Shown here in pieces: positions 31,157 to 41,682 of a DNA stretch of 64,000 nucleotides. This DNA comes from an uncultured Gammaproteobacteria bacterium. GTDB taxonomy: Bacteria > Pseudomonadota > Gammaproteobacteria > Legionellales > Legionellaceae. The notes beneath the pieces are model-generated. The model ran no database searches. It was not told the origin of the DNA and saw only the letters and a program-made list of their open reading frames with translations. The position numbers and the translations under genes are program-made. The number at the start of each line of letters is the position of its first letter. Position 1 is the stretch's first letter. The DNA lies in assembly GCA_963760845.1 (NCBI GenBank), contig CAVXEK010000018.1, positions 701-64,700 on the forward strand, written 5' to 3'.

Positions 31157-32289
31157 CTGAGTGCTTTGACCAATAAAGCAAATATCAAAACTAAGGCTAG
31201 AGTAATAATAAACCTGTTGAGTAATTTTATAAAAGCTCGTTTAATGCCACTGCGAGCAAATACTTGCAACATTGCCATTTTTCGCCCTCTACTATCATGT
31301 AATTCTTGGTTGTTCGCATCAACCAAATTGCCATTTAACTTAAATCGCAGCGGCTCTGTATCAATGAAATACTCTTGACTATAATCTACCAATAATTGCT
31401 CGCCTTTTTTTATAGGTCTTACAGCAAACAACGCAACCACTTCAATGCCATATATACTGTAGTTTACTGCGCTGAGATTGGCGGCAAGAAATTGCGAGTC
31501 GGTGTTTTTGCCCTCAGGTGCATGGTTTACAAATCTTGCTGTATTCCCATACTCTCTGGCATCGATCCCCATAGCAAAACTATCCAATTTGGGATAAAAA
31601 AAATAGTTTTTCTTTTTAACCTCTCTTTTTTTCATCCCACAATACAGTAAAACGCCTTCTCCCTTATCAATGTCTTGCCGGCAATAAACACCAAAGCCAA
31701 TAAAGCTGTTGATGTAGCGGAGCTCTAATTTGTCAAAATTATCTGCTTGATTGAGGAGCTGATGTATTTGTGCATCTTTTTTATAAAATAAATCAGCATT
31801 GACTTGCACAGGTAAATCGTCGACAGCGAGCTCTGTTTTAATGATATATTTATCTTGAAACTGAAATGTATAACGCGAAAAATGACTAACAATCGCGTTT
31901 AATTGGTTGACATTAATCGTTTCTCTCGCTGCCTTATGATAATCAACTGAAAATGGAATTTCATAACTTGCTTTTTGCTTGTAGTAAACAGGAGAGGGGA
32001 GGATTGTAAAATGACAATGCGTAGAGTTATCGTGCTGAATAAGCGTGGCATAAACACGTCTCGGCAACAGCAAAAGCTCTTCTAAATTATGATAGCAATA
32101 GCGATATGAATTATTTAACAAAGACAATGGCGTTTCAATGAATAAAGGATGAACAAAATCTAAATCTTTAAACTGTGTTTTATCAATGCTCTTTTCATTG
32201 TTGATTAAGTAGTTACCCGTAACAATATCAAGTTCAGCAGTTTTATATAGCGAATCCTTTTTCTGATTAGTAAGAAGAATTTTAACCAT
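31153..32289 (-). CDS. SET-domain lysine methyltransferase with C-terminal membrane anchor
   Basis: GFGVYCRQDIDKGE, ARFVNHAP, RPIKKGEQLLVDYSQEYF; hydrophobic C-terminus. Confidence 0.85.
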   Translation of the reverse strand: MVKILLTNQKKDSLYKTAELDIVTGNYLINNEKSIDKTQFKDLDFVHPLFIETPLSLLNNSYRYCYHNLEELLLLPRRVYATLIQHDNSTHCHFTILPSPVYYKQKASYEIPFSVDYHKAARETINVNQLNAIVSHFSRYTFQFQDKYIIKTELAVDDLPVQVNADLFYKKDAQIHQLLNQADNFDKLELRYINSFIGFGVYCRQDIDKGEGVLLYCGMKKREVKKKNYFFYPKLDSFAMGIDAREYGNTARFVNHAPEGKNTDSQFLAANLSAVNYSIYGIEVVALFAVRPIKKGEQLLVDYSQEYFIDTEPLRFKLNGNLVDANNQELHDSRGRKMAMLQVFARSGIKRAFIKLLNRFIITLALVLIFALLVKALS

Positions 32290-32305
32290 ATCGCTGTTCC
32301 TATTG

Positions 32306-33560
32306 CTATTCCCTGATTTGCCCATCCCCCAAAATAACCCATTTATAGCTAGTTAAAGCCTCTAAAGCCATTGGACCTCGAGCATGTAACTTTTGGGTAC
32401 TAATACCTATTTCGGCACCTAAACCAAATTGCCCACCATCCGTGAAAGCGGTTGAGGCATTCACATAGACAACAGCCGCATCAATATGAGCTAAAAAATA
32501 AGCAATAGCCGCTTGATCTTCAGCAATAATCGCTTCGCTATGGCCTGAGGTATGATGCATGATATGAGCAACTGCTTCGTCGAGTGAAGAGACAGTTTTT
32601 ATTGCCATTTTATAAGAAAGGAATTCATGACCATAATCATGAACGCTTGCTTTATGGAGGAGGGATTTGGGATAAGACGATTGCAATGCCTGGTAACTTA
32701 GTTTATCGGCAAAAATTGCCACATTTTTGGCAGCAAGTAACTCGACCAGTTTAGCTAAATTGACTAAACATTTTTCATGAATGATTAGCGTATCTAAAGC
32801 ATTACAAACACTCACTCGCCTTGTTTTAGCATTATCAATAATCAAACGTCCCTTTTCCACATCCCCACTTGCATCAAAATACGTATGGACAATACCTGCA
32901 CCCGTTTCTATGACTGGTATTTTGGCATGCTCACGAACAAAATCAATTAATGCTTGACTTCCTCTCGGTATGCACACATCAATTAAATCCCTTGCCCGCA
33001 AAAGGACATCGATTGCTTTGCGCTCGGAGGGTAGTAAGTAAACACTATTTTCATCCATGCCCTGATGGCGTAAAGCTTCTCTAATAAGCGAAACCAAGAT
33101 TAGCATTGCTGTGTTGGGCCTCTTTGCCACCCTTTAAAACACAGGCATTTCCTGTTTTAAAGCATAAAGTAAAGACATCCATTGTTACATTCGGTCTGGA
33201 CTCATAAATAACTGCTACAACACCAAGAGGAACCGAAACTCTGCGGATCTTCAGACCATTAGGCATCGTTTTTTCTTCAATAACCTTGCCCAAGGGATGA
33301 GATAGCTGTGCCACGGACTCAACATCATTCGCAATAGAATAAATTCGTTCTTCGGATAATAGTAACCTGTCATATCTTGGATCGTCTTCGGCCATTAAGG
33401 CGAGATCTTTTTGATTTTCCGCGCTGATTTTAGGTGAATTTTTACGTAAGTTATCTGCGAGGCGCAATAAAACTTGTGTTCGCTCTTCTTCAGATACGGC
33501 CATTAACTCCTTACTTGCCTTTTTGACGATGTTGAGTTGCTTAACTATTTCTTTCATCAC
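32306..33560 (-). pseudogene. proA: Gamma-glutamyl phosphate reductase, +1 frameshift near 33110
   Basis: VPLGVVAVIYESRPNVT..LKGGKEA in one frame; [31 protein letters not shown] in the next. Confidence 0.88.
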
Positions 33561-33571
33561 CCAATAGTCTC

Positions 33572-34641
33572 CTAAAAAATATGCAAATGATCGTAGTGAA
33601 TAAATTCGGGTTGATCTTTATGCCCTAAGTATTCATTTAACTTATTGACATCATATTTTGCAATCCCTACTCCTATTCTCTGTCCTTTCGTCGTTAAAAT
33701 GTCCACTAAATCGCCTCTCTTAAAATTACCTTCGCATTTTTCTATACCAATAGGCAATATACTAAGAACACGTTTATTTTCTATTAAAATTTCGGATAAG
33801 CACGCATTGATAACAATCGAACCCGTTTGCTTCTCACTACTATAAGCTATCCATCTCTTTATGTTTGATTTTTTCTTACGCGGTAAAATGGTTGTGCCCA
33901 ATTGCTCTTGGTCGATTATCCGCCTAATGACTGATGAGTTATTGATATTTGCGATGTGGGTAGTGATTCCTAGGCTTGATAGTTTACGCGCAGTGTTAAG
34001 CTTAGAGATCATCCCGCCTCTTCCTTGAGGACTTTTAAGGGCAGAAACTTCGGGCCAATCCATTGCAGAATCAATAACTGGAATAACTCGGATCCAGGCT
34101 TATCGGGGTGGCCGGTGTATACCCCTTCCACATTAGTTAAAATAATCAACTTATCTGCGTTCATTTGTACCGCGATTAGGCCAGCAAGTTCATCATTATC
34201 CGTGAACATCAGCTCTTCAATGGCAACACTATCATTTTCATTAATGATAGGAACAATATTTTGATGCTCGACTATTTCCCGCAGTAATCTGGCAATATTT
34301 AAATAATGTTGTCGCGTTTGAAAATCTTGTTTAGTCAACAATAACTGCGCTACAAGGAGATTATGCACTTTGAACATGGATGCATAGATATTCATTAATT
34401 CATACTGGCCTAAAGAGGCCAATACCTGTTTTTCACCTATAGAGCTTCCATACTGACGCCCAAGAAATTGGTGGGCTACTTTTCGACCCGAGGCAACCGC
34501 ACCCGAACTCACCAAAATAACATGATGACCTGCTTTTTGGAGTTCCACAATTTGCTCAACCAAATGCAGCATGATTGGCTCAAACGGTGTTCCGTCATTC
34601 GCTAGGATGCTTTGGGTACCAACCTTAATGATAATCTTCAT
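33572..34641 (-). pseudogene. proB: Glutamate 5-kinase, -1 frameshift near 34080
   Basis: IIIKVGT, VSSGAVASG, PIINENDSV, DNDELA; then GRGGMISK and the PUA domain in another frame. Confidence 0.88.
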
Positions 34642-34649
34642 CAGGGTAA

Positions 34650-35768
34650 TTATTCTTGCTCAGCGACGCTGCGAATACGCTGAACTTCGAGAGCAAATAA
34701 CTTAAAATAGTCATAAGACATATAGAAATTTCCCCGATTACCAATTTTCTTACCCCACGAATTACGCAAGGTAAACAGCCCTCGATGTTCACGGCCCTCG
34801 TCATCAATAGCGACTGCATCATCGTTGTAGCCGGTAATCACCATTTCATGCCCAGCGAAGTTTGGGCGTAAATAAACATCCCTGGCGATCTCTGGTGTTA
34901 ACACCCAAGTATCTCCCTCAACTTGATTTTTACCTACCGCACCAACAACACCTAAATCGGTATCAGGTAGTAGTACGCCAAAAGTTAATCTGTCTCCCGC
35001 ATTGAGTGCAGCTTTCACCTCACTGACTGTTTTATTCGTATCAACCCGGTCCATCGTTGCTTGATAAATATCCAAAATGGGCGACCAAATCACTTTTTCA
35101 CTTAGGTCTTCACTTATTTGGCGATAATCCTCAATCGCCATGGAACCTTGGATATCGAAATGACGATTCAGAGGGTATGTTGTTAATCCACCACAACCCT
35201 GTGCACGCTGTTGATGTTTACTGATAGCGCCAAAAACATCCATTTGCGTCAAAACCAAACGCCCCCAAGAGCCTTCCCAACCACTTGGAATATAGGCATT
35301 TTTCTCCAGGTAATTTCCAAGTTGCAAAGAGCATAACTGGCTGATGTAATCACCCTTTACCAAGCGCTGCATCAACAGCTGCTGTAACAGCAAAAGTCAC
35401 ACAAGTACCATGCATACCTTGGTTTAACACAGGGACACCATTCATACCTAATTCTACTTTTTCTGGATAGCCTGAGGGGGGACGATTTGCTGCGGCAAAC
35501 CGGGTAGGATGGGATAATGCGTTTTTCGCTTTGCCAGTTAAATTTTTCCTGCGCCCGGGGAGAAAGTTCAATTTTTAATAATTTAATTTTTTTTTCATTG
35601 TAACCGGAGCATTCTCTTTTTAGGAACGGGGGGTGAGTCCTGCATTGTTTTTGTTTCAGCTGCTGGGATCTTAATGGATTGTGTGATTGTCCCGGTTATT
35701 TTTACATCCTGCGCAACTAGGTTACTGCTAATTACTGCTGACAAAAGAACAATGGCTGCTGATTTCAT
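34650..35768 (-). pseudogene. Secreted papain-like C1 cysteine peptidase with three apparent frameshifts
   Basis: Signal peptide MKSAAIVLLSAV; VLNQGMHGTCVTFA; AGHEMVITGY; LRNSWG; pieces in different frames. Confidence 0.8.
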
Positions 35769-35844
35769 ACAAGTCCTCCACTACCTAGGACTTTGAGCAG
35801 AGGCGAGTATATCATATGAATTAATACTATCCACTATGCCAATT

Positions 35845-35876
35845 CAGGAGATCCTTCGCCGTGCTCAGGATGACGG
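35845..35876. repeat. Single REP arm GGAGATCCTTCGCCGTGCTCAGGATGAC
   Basis: Matches arms at 1192-1218 and 11400-11425. Confidence 0.7.
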
Positions 35877-36701
35877 CTATCTCTTACCTCTATAACCAGG
35901 GACAGCAATACGCTGCCTATCTTGCAAACGTAAGGCAGTTAAATTTCCACCCCATAAACAACCTGTATCGATTGCAAAAATTGAGGGATCAGGGGAATAG
36001 CCGTCTAATGCGGCCCAATGGCCGAAAATGATATCAGCACTGATTTGTTTGCGACCAGGAACTTCATACCAAGGAATAAGATTAACCGGTGCATCGGTAA
36101 GGGTTCCTTTATAAGTCAAAACTAGGCTCCCTTGCCTATCGCAAAAGCGCATGCGGGTAAAGTAGTTGGTAATTACCCGCAGTCTTGCTGTCCCAGTTAG
36201 TTCTTCTGACCAATGATCAGGCTCGTTTCCATACATCTCCAGCAAAAAGCTACAAAAATTATCGCCGGCCAATACTTCCTCTAATTCAGCTGCACATGCC
36301 TTTGCCTGTGCAAGATCCCAAGCTGGAGCGATGCCTGCATGACACATCACCACATTAAGTGCTCGATCATGGTAGAGGATGGATTGCTTACGTAACCAAT
36401 GGCCAAGCTCTTCAGCATCGTCCGCAGTTAAAACTTCCGCTAAGGTATCGCAATGCCCTTTTATTGATTTTCCAGTAAAAAGCCTAGACAATAAATGCAA
36501 ATCATGGTTACCCAAAGTGATTCGCGCTGGGATTGGTAAGTTTTTGATAAAGCGGAGAACAGCGAGTGATTGTGGTCCTCGATTGACCAAATCACCAACA
36601 AACCAAAGGCGATCTACTCGCTCATTGAAATGGATACGCTCGAGCAGGCGCTGTAAAGGATCGTAACAACCCTGTACATCACCAATGGCATAATCAGGCA
36701 C
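35877..36701 (-). CDS. apaH: Symmetrical bis(5'-nucleosyl)-tetraphosphatase
   Basis: [42 protein letters not shown]. Confidence 0.95.
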   Translation of the reverse strand: MPDYAIGDVQGCYDPLQRLLERIHFNERVDRLWFVGDLVNRGPQSLAVLRFIKNLPIPARITLGNHDLHLLSRLFTGKSIKGHCDTLAEVLTADDAEELGHWLRKQSILYHDRALNVVMCHAGIAPAWDLAQAKACAAELEEVLAGDNFCSFLLEMYGNEPDHWSEELTGTARLRVITNYFTRMRFCDRQGSLVLTYKGTLTDAPVNLIPWYEVPGRKQISADIIFGHWAALDGYSPDPSIFAIDTGCLWGGNLTALRLQDRQRIAVPGYRGKR

Positions 36702-36756
36702 GTAAGAGATCCCCCTCTATTTGGATCGGCCGTATTTTGTTCGTCTTGCGAGAAGA

Positions 36757-38115
36757 TCAGGCACTAGTCGTTACCCCAGGCCTTAAAGTTGTCTGTGGCG
36801 ATGAAGGGCTTTCAGTAACCCATTGCCCAGTAACATCCACGTGAGGTAGAGGTTCGGCCGTATAGACTGCTTGCTGCGCGGTAAAAGAACTACTATTGTA
36901 TTGAGCCTGATAGATAAGTTCTGTTGCAGAAATAACACTGGCTTTACCCGTGTGAATATTGTGCAAATGCACCTTGTCCGGTAGCGCAACTGCATACTGT
37001 TCAAGAACAATCCCTGTGTGCATCTGCTGATTTGCGCTCTGTTCAAAACGTGAATTAATACCACCATCAACACCTAGGCGATGTAGACCTAACGATAAAA
37101 ACCCATTGCGGATCGCTTGACGATTTTTATATTCTGGATGCTGCTGCATAAACATATCGAGCATCTCAGTAGAGATTAGCAAACCACCTGGGACCATAAA
37201 CAATGGCGCTCTGTTAATCATAATGCGACCAGAGTCCAGCGACTTGGTCAACCACTGAATAAATTCTACACCTATTTGCTGCTCCATCTCAGCAACAGAC
37301 TCAGGCACTTTGCCCGTGAAAGTACTTACTCGCCCATAAGGGCCACCTCGCCCAGAGCCATTGGCCCCCCTCAACGCTAGCTGATTCAAATACCGCTGAA
37401 TAGCAATAGCATCCGCACGCACCAAAATAGCGCCGAAGGTCCCAGCAGCATAGGAATCTTCATTAAGCAAAGCAAGCCAAACTGCTAAAACTTGCGCATT
37501 AGAAACTATCCAAGCAAAGCCATTCGCAGGCATTAGGGAACGCGCTAATAATAAATTGAGGCGACGGCGAAAATCTTCATTCTCTTCTTTTTGAAATTCA
37601 TAGCTGTAATAATTACCGACAGCAACTAAGTTCTCTAGTAAAGGATTCCACCGCTTCAAAAACTGACTATCGTTATCGTATAAATCAATACTATAATCAA
37701 TTTGTAATTTACCAATGCCTTGGAGAATTGCCGCAGAAAAAAGCGCATATTGCCACAGTTTTTGCTCTTCAGAGGTGACTTCCTGGAATTCCTGAAATAA
37801 GCTAAGAGCAGCCTCTGTACGATTCAGAGCGTGATCTAATAAACCACCTGGTTGTGAATAATAGCTTGTCGAGGTCTCTGGTAAATTTTGACAATAGTTA
37901 ACCAAATTATGCACAAGACTTAGGCATAAGCCATCAAAGCGTGCCTCTTCTAATGCGCAAGCTTCTTTAATTTGTCGCAATAACATAACCCTTTTTTCAT
38001 CACCAAGTAAACGCGATGCTGGGACAATGCGTGTTAAGTCCTTTAATGAGTTAGTTTGTGACGATTTAACATTTTTTCCATAGCGATGAAACAAGATCCA
38101 CCTCCAATCAAACAT
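36757..38115 (-). CDS. TraI_2/MobH relaxase-like protein with degenerate HD motif
   Basis: [16 protein letters not shown] and AAILQGIGK (where MobH has AALLHDIGK), LKRWNPL. Confidence 0.7.
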   Translation of the reverse strand: MFDWRWILFHRYGKNVKSSQTNSLKDLTRIVPASRLLGDEKRVMLLRQIKEACALEEARFDGLCLSLVHNLVNYCQNLPETSTSYYSQPGGLLDHALNRTEAALSLFQEFQEVTSEEQKLWQYALFSAAILQGIGKLQIDYSIDLYDNDSQFLKRWNPLLENLVAVGNYYSYEFQKEENEDFRRRLNLLLARSLMPANGFAWIVSNAQVLAVWLALLNEDSYAAGTFGAILVRADAIAIQRYLNQLALRGANGSGRGGPYGRVSTFTGKVPESVAEMEQQIGVEFIQWLTKSLDSGRIMINRAPLFMVPGGLLISTEMLDMFMQQHPEYKNRQAIRNGFLSLGLHRLGVDGGINSRFEQSANQQMHTGIVLEQYAVALPDKVHLHNIHTGKASVISATELIYQAQYNSSSFTAQQAVYTAEPLPHVDVTGQWVTESPSSPQTTLRPGVTTSA

Positions 38116-38884
38116 TTATCCTAATGACTTTTGCTATTCGGACATATTCCATAATGGAGATCTGCTCTGGTCTAGCAAGCGGATCGATGCCCAAATCGCT
38201 TAACTGCGCTGCGCTAAGTAATGGCTTTAAATTATTTGCCAATGTTTTACGTCGCATTGCAAAAGCTTTTGCTACTAATTGCTCGAGTACATTAACATCC
38301 ACGACTGGATAAGGTGACACCTGATATGGAACTAAACGCACTATGGCTGAGCCAACTTTAGGCACAGGATAAAAAACCTCGGGTGGGACATCAAATAAAG
38401 ATTCAACCTGACAATAATATTGCACCATTACCGATAATCGTCCGTAAACCCTGGTACCTGGTTGAGCAGCCAAACGAGCAACAACCTCCTTTTGTAGCAT
38501 AAAATGCATATCCTCAATGAACGAGGTGTAGTTAAGCAAGTGAAACAATAAAGGCGTAGAAATATTGTAAGGTAAATTGCCGACGATACGCAAATGTGAT
38601 CCCCATTGGCTATAATCCACCGTCAACGCATCAGCAGTGATTAAATTCAATTTCCCGCTAGCATGAGGCAAAGCCCTGAGGTGTTCTTGAAAATCTGTAT
38701 CGATCTCAATAGCAATTAAACGTTCTACGCTCTTCAGTAAAGGTTGGGTTAAAGCACCTAACCCTGGACCAATTTCAACGACTTTGTCATTTTTTTGTAG
38801 ATGCAAAACGTCTAGAATCTCGTCAATGATATAACGACTTTGCAAAAAATTCTGACTAAAGCGTTTACGCGGTCGATGACTCAC
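38108..38884 (-). CDS. rsmA: 16S rRNA adenine dimethyltransferase
   Basis: [40 protein letters not shown]. Confidence 0.96.
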   Translation of the reverse strand: MSHRPRKRFSQNFLQSRYIIDEILDVLHLQKNDKVVEIGPGLGALTQPLLKSVERLIAIEIDTDFQEHLRALPHASGKLNLITADALTVDYSQWGSHLRIVGNLPYNISTPLLFHLLNYTSFIEDMHFMLQKEVVARLAAQPGTRVYGRLSVMVQYYCQVESLFDVPPEVFYPVPKVGSAIVRLVPYQVSPYPVVDVNVLEQLVAKAFAMRRKTLANNLKPLLSAAQLSDLGIDPLARPEQISIMEYVRIAKVIRINV

Positions 38885-38940
38885 TTAATTTCACCTAAAA
38901 CACCATTAGAAATTATATCATATTTTTATTTAATCGGGTA

Positions 38941-38968
38941 ACCGAGCCGCGACCGTTAGGGAGCGGAA
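38941..38968. repeat. CCGAGCCGCGACCGTTAGGGAGCGG repeat arm
   Basis: Identical arm at about 52470, there paired with CCGCTTACTTACGTGCGCGGCTCGG. Confidence 0.65.
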
Positions 38969-39066
38969 TGTAGTAATCGGTTGCCCCAGTTTTGGATTAT
39001 AAAGATTGGCTTTTATCTCAATTTAAATGCAGAATTTCGGAACCCTCTACAATTGTGGTTAACCCT

Positions 39067-39849
39067 ATGCCATTACTGAAATTTCTTGAAAAATTGGTGG
39101 ATTATTTTTTTGCGTTTTCGCCACGCAAGACCCCAAATTCTACCCAGGCTGCAACAACTTGCCTCATTGCTCATCGTGGTGCGCATGATAACAAGCAGCA
39201 TATTATTGAAAATACCGATGCAGCCTTTGCTGCAGCCCTCGCTTTAAATTGCTGGGGAATCGAGCTCGATATTCATCCGACTGCTGACGAGGTTTTAGTA
39301 GTCAACCACGATCCTACCCTAAGCCGGATATGGGGTAAACATGTTGCAATTAGGGATTTGAGCTTCCAAGTGCTAAGACAAATGGTCCCTGAAGTATTAA
39401 CCTTAGCCGAGGTGATCGAGCGTTATGGCAAGCGTCTTCATTTATTCATCGAATTAAAAGCCCCCTTTAATGGGGAAGCAAGCTTATACAATGATTTGCA
39501 AAAACTCACGCCTTGTGTGGATTATCATCTGCTGTGCCTTGATGAGCCACTTTTCGCTTCGCTGTCTTCTTTTGTGCCAGAAGTTATGTTATTAGTCGCG
39601 GTCCATAATAACGTGAATCAGTTCTTAGAGTTATGTTTGCGCAAGCAATATGGTGGTGTCTTAGGCCATTATTTGTTATTTAGTGATAGTAAAATTGAGC
39701 GGCTCAAATTGGCTAAAAAGGCAGTGGGTGTAGGAATGGTTGATTCAAAATTTAGTTTATACCGCGAATTAAACCGAGGCCTGCAGTGGGTTTTTAGCAA
39801 TAATGCGGGGCTACTTAGTCGCTATCTTCAAGAGTTGCGGGAATTGTAG
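39067..39849 (+). CDS. Glycerophosphodiester phosphodiesterase family
   Basis: IAHRGA, ENT..AF, IELDI, VNHD, FIELK. Confidence 0.88.
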   Translation: MPLLKFLEKLVDYFFAFSPRKTPNSTQAATTCLIAHRGAHDNKQHIIENTDAAFAAALALNCWGIELDIHPTADEVLVVNHDPTLSRIWGKHVAIRDLSFQVLRQMVPEVLTLAEVIERYGKRLHLFIELKAPFNGEASLYNDLQKLTPCVDYHLLCLDEPLFASLSSFVPEVMLLVAVHNNVNQFLELCLRKQYGGVLGHYLLFSDSKIERLKLAKKAVGVGMVDSKFSLYRELNRGLQWVFSNNAGLLSRYLQELREL

Positions 39850-39862
39850 ATTGGACCCTAGA

Positions 39863-41251
39863 TTAAGGGTGAATCATATCCTCCGGTTTAACGTATTCAT
39901 TAAATTGCTCAGCTGTTAAAAAGCCAAGCTGGATAGCAGCTTCTTGCAAAGAAATATTGTCATGATAGGCCGTTTTGGCAATGTTGGCTGCTTTATCATA
40001 ACCAATATGTTGATTAAGAGCTGTCACCAGCATTAAAGAGTGATGCAAGTAATAATCAATAACACTTCGATTTGCTTCAAGTCCTTGTGCACAAAACTGC
40101 TGAAAGGAGTGGCAAGAATCAGCTAATAGATTGAGTGAGTGAAGAACATTAAAAATAATCACGGGTTTAAATACATTGAGCTCAAAATTTCCTTGACTAG
40201 CTGCAATAGCAACCGTCGTATCATTACCAATAACTTGGGCACATACCATGGTCATCGCTTCACATTGAGTGGGATTTACTTTCCCTGGCATGATAGAGGA
40301 ACCTGGTTCATTTTCAGGCAAAATCAATTCGCCAATTCCGCATCGGGGACCTGAACCAAGCCAGCGGATGTCATTAGCTATCTTCATTAAAGCGCAAGCT
40401 AAAGCTTTAAAAGCACTGTGTGCCATCACTAAAGGCTCATGGGATGCTAAGGCAGCAAATTTGTTCGCTGCAGAAATAAAAGGAAGCTTGGTAATCGCTG
40501 CAATCTGGGTTGCCGCTTTAACAGCGAATTGGGGATGGGTATTTAAGCCTGTACCTACAGCAGTGCCGCCTAGGGCTAATTCATATAACTCAGGTAAAGT
40601 TTGCTCGATACGTTGGCAGCAAGCATCTAATTGGGCAACGTAGCCAGAGAATTCTTGCCCCAAGGTAAGAGGCACAGCATCTTGTAAATGAGTTCGACCA
40701 ATTTTTACTATGTCATTGAAGGCCTTCATTTTATGCGCTAAGGCATTACGCAAATCGCGCACAGCAGGAAGTAATTTTTCATGAATAGCCATTGCTGTGG
40801 CAATATGCATCGCCGTTGGGAAGGTATCATTCGATGATTGTGACATATTGACATGATCATTAGGGTGAATGGGTGTTTTGCTACCCATTACCCCTTGTGC
40901 CATTTCAATGGCACGATTAGCGATCACTTCATTGACATTCATATTTGATTGAGTACCGCTACCGGTTTGCCAGACATGTAAAGGAAAATGCTCATCAAGT
41001 TGACCAGCACGTACTTCTTCCGCAGCTTTAATAATAAGCTCAGCTTTATCTTTGGGAAGCTTACCTAAGTCAAGGTTAGTCAGGGCTGCTGCCTTTTTTA
41101 AGATGCCAAAAGCATGAGTCACTTCGCGAGGTATAATATCGTGGCCAATATTAAAATGATGGAGTGAGCGTTCAGTTTGTGCTCCCCAGTATCGATCAGC
41201 AGGAACAGCAATTTCTCCCATGCTGTCTGTTTCGATGCGCGTTTTACTCAT
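39863..41251 (-). CDS. fumC: Class II fumarate hydratase
   Basis: [41 protein letters not shown]. Confidence 0.97.
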   Translation of the reverse strand: MSKTRIETDSMGEIAVPADRYWGAQTERSLHHFNIGHDIIPREVTHAFGILKKAAALTNLDLGKLPKDKAELIIKAAEEVRAGQLDEHFPLHVWQTGSGTQSNMNVNEVIANRAIEMAQGVMGSKTPIHPNDHVNMSQSSNDTFPTAMHIATAMAIHEKLLPAVRDLRNALAHKMKAFNDIVKIGRTHLQDAVPLTLGQEFSGYVAQLDACCQRIEQTLPELYELALGGTAVGTGLNTHPQFAVKAATQIAAITKLPFISAANKFAALASHEPLVMAHSAFKALACALMKIANDIRWLGSGPRCGIGELILPENEPGSSIMPGKVNPTQCEAMTMVCAQVIGNDTTVAIAASQGNFELNVFKPVIIFNVLHSLNLLADSCHSFQQFCAQGLEANRSVIDYYLHHSLMLVTALNQHIGYDKAANIAKTAYHDNISLQEAAIQLGFLTAEQFNEYVKPEDMIHP

Positions 41252-41487
41252 ATGACCTGTTCTCTACAAATAAAGCGCTAACATACCTAAAATTTTATGC
41301 AAAATCCATCCTGAGCGCAGCAAAGCAGAGATTCTGGGCGAATCCATTTATGCCCGTGTTAAATCGCCAGGGGATCAAAAAAAAACATTTATGGCCTATC
41401 CGGTTAAAAAAACCTCATCTATCACAGTTCACTTCACACTAAATGACGCTTGTTTTTGCGCAAAATATAACCTGATATAGGCTCGGA

Positions 41488-41526
41488 CGTAGGGTGGGCA
41501 AAGGAGCGCTAGCGACGTGCCCACCA
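41488..41526. repeat. GTAG-type REP arm CGTAGGGTGGGCAAAGGAGCGCTAGCGACGTGCCCACC
   Basis: Inverted partner at 43321-43358. Confidence 0.82.
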
Positions 41527-41531
41527 ATGTA

Positions 41532-41682
41532 CTATCGGCAAGCTTGATATACCTTATCCGTTAACTCATAAACTTGATGAAACGAAAAGGCAATCAATGT
41601 TAATAAATAAAAATTGAAACACAGGTTTTTATCGCCATGGCCATAGGAATGATCAATGGCATATCCTTGATTCTTTAATGTA
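41532..41682 (-). pseudogene. ISNCY-like transposase fragment
   Basis: Joined to 43119-43140 it reads NECFNTLKNQGYAIDHSYGHGDKNL..LTLIAFSFHQ. Confidence 0.72.

Noticed and set aside
32290-32325. Extended N-terminus of the SET protein in the ORF track
   Set aside because: Overlaps the proA stop; ATG at 32289 is the more plausible start.
33081-34080. Programmed ribosomal frameshifting in proA/proB
   Set aside because: No slippery heptamer or stimulatory structure at the shift sites, and none is known for these genes.
36757-38115. Integrative conjugative element around the TraI-like gene
   Set aside because: No integrase, coupling protein, T4SS genes or att repeats; flanked by housekeeping genes.
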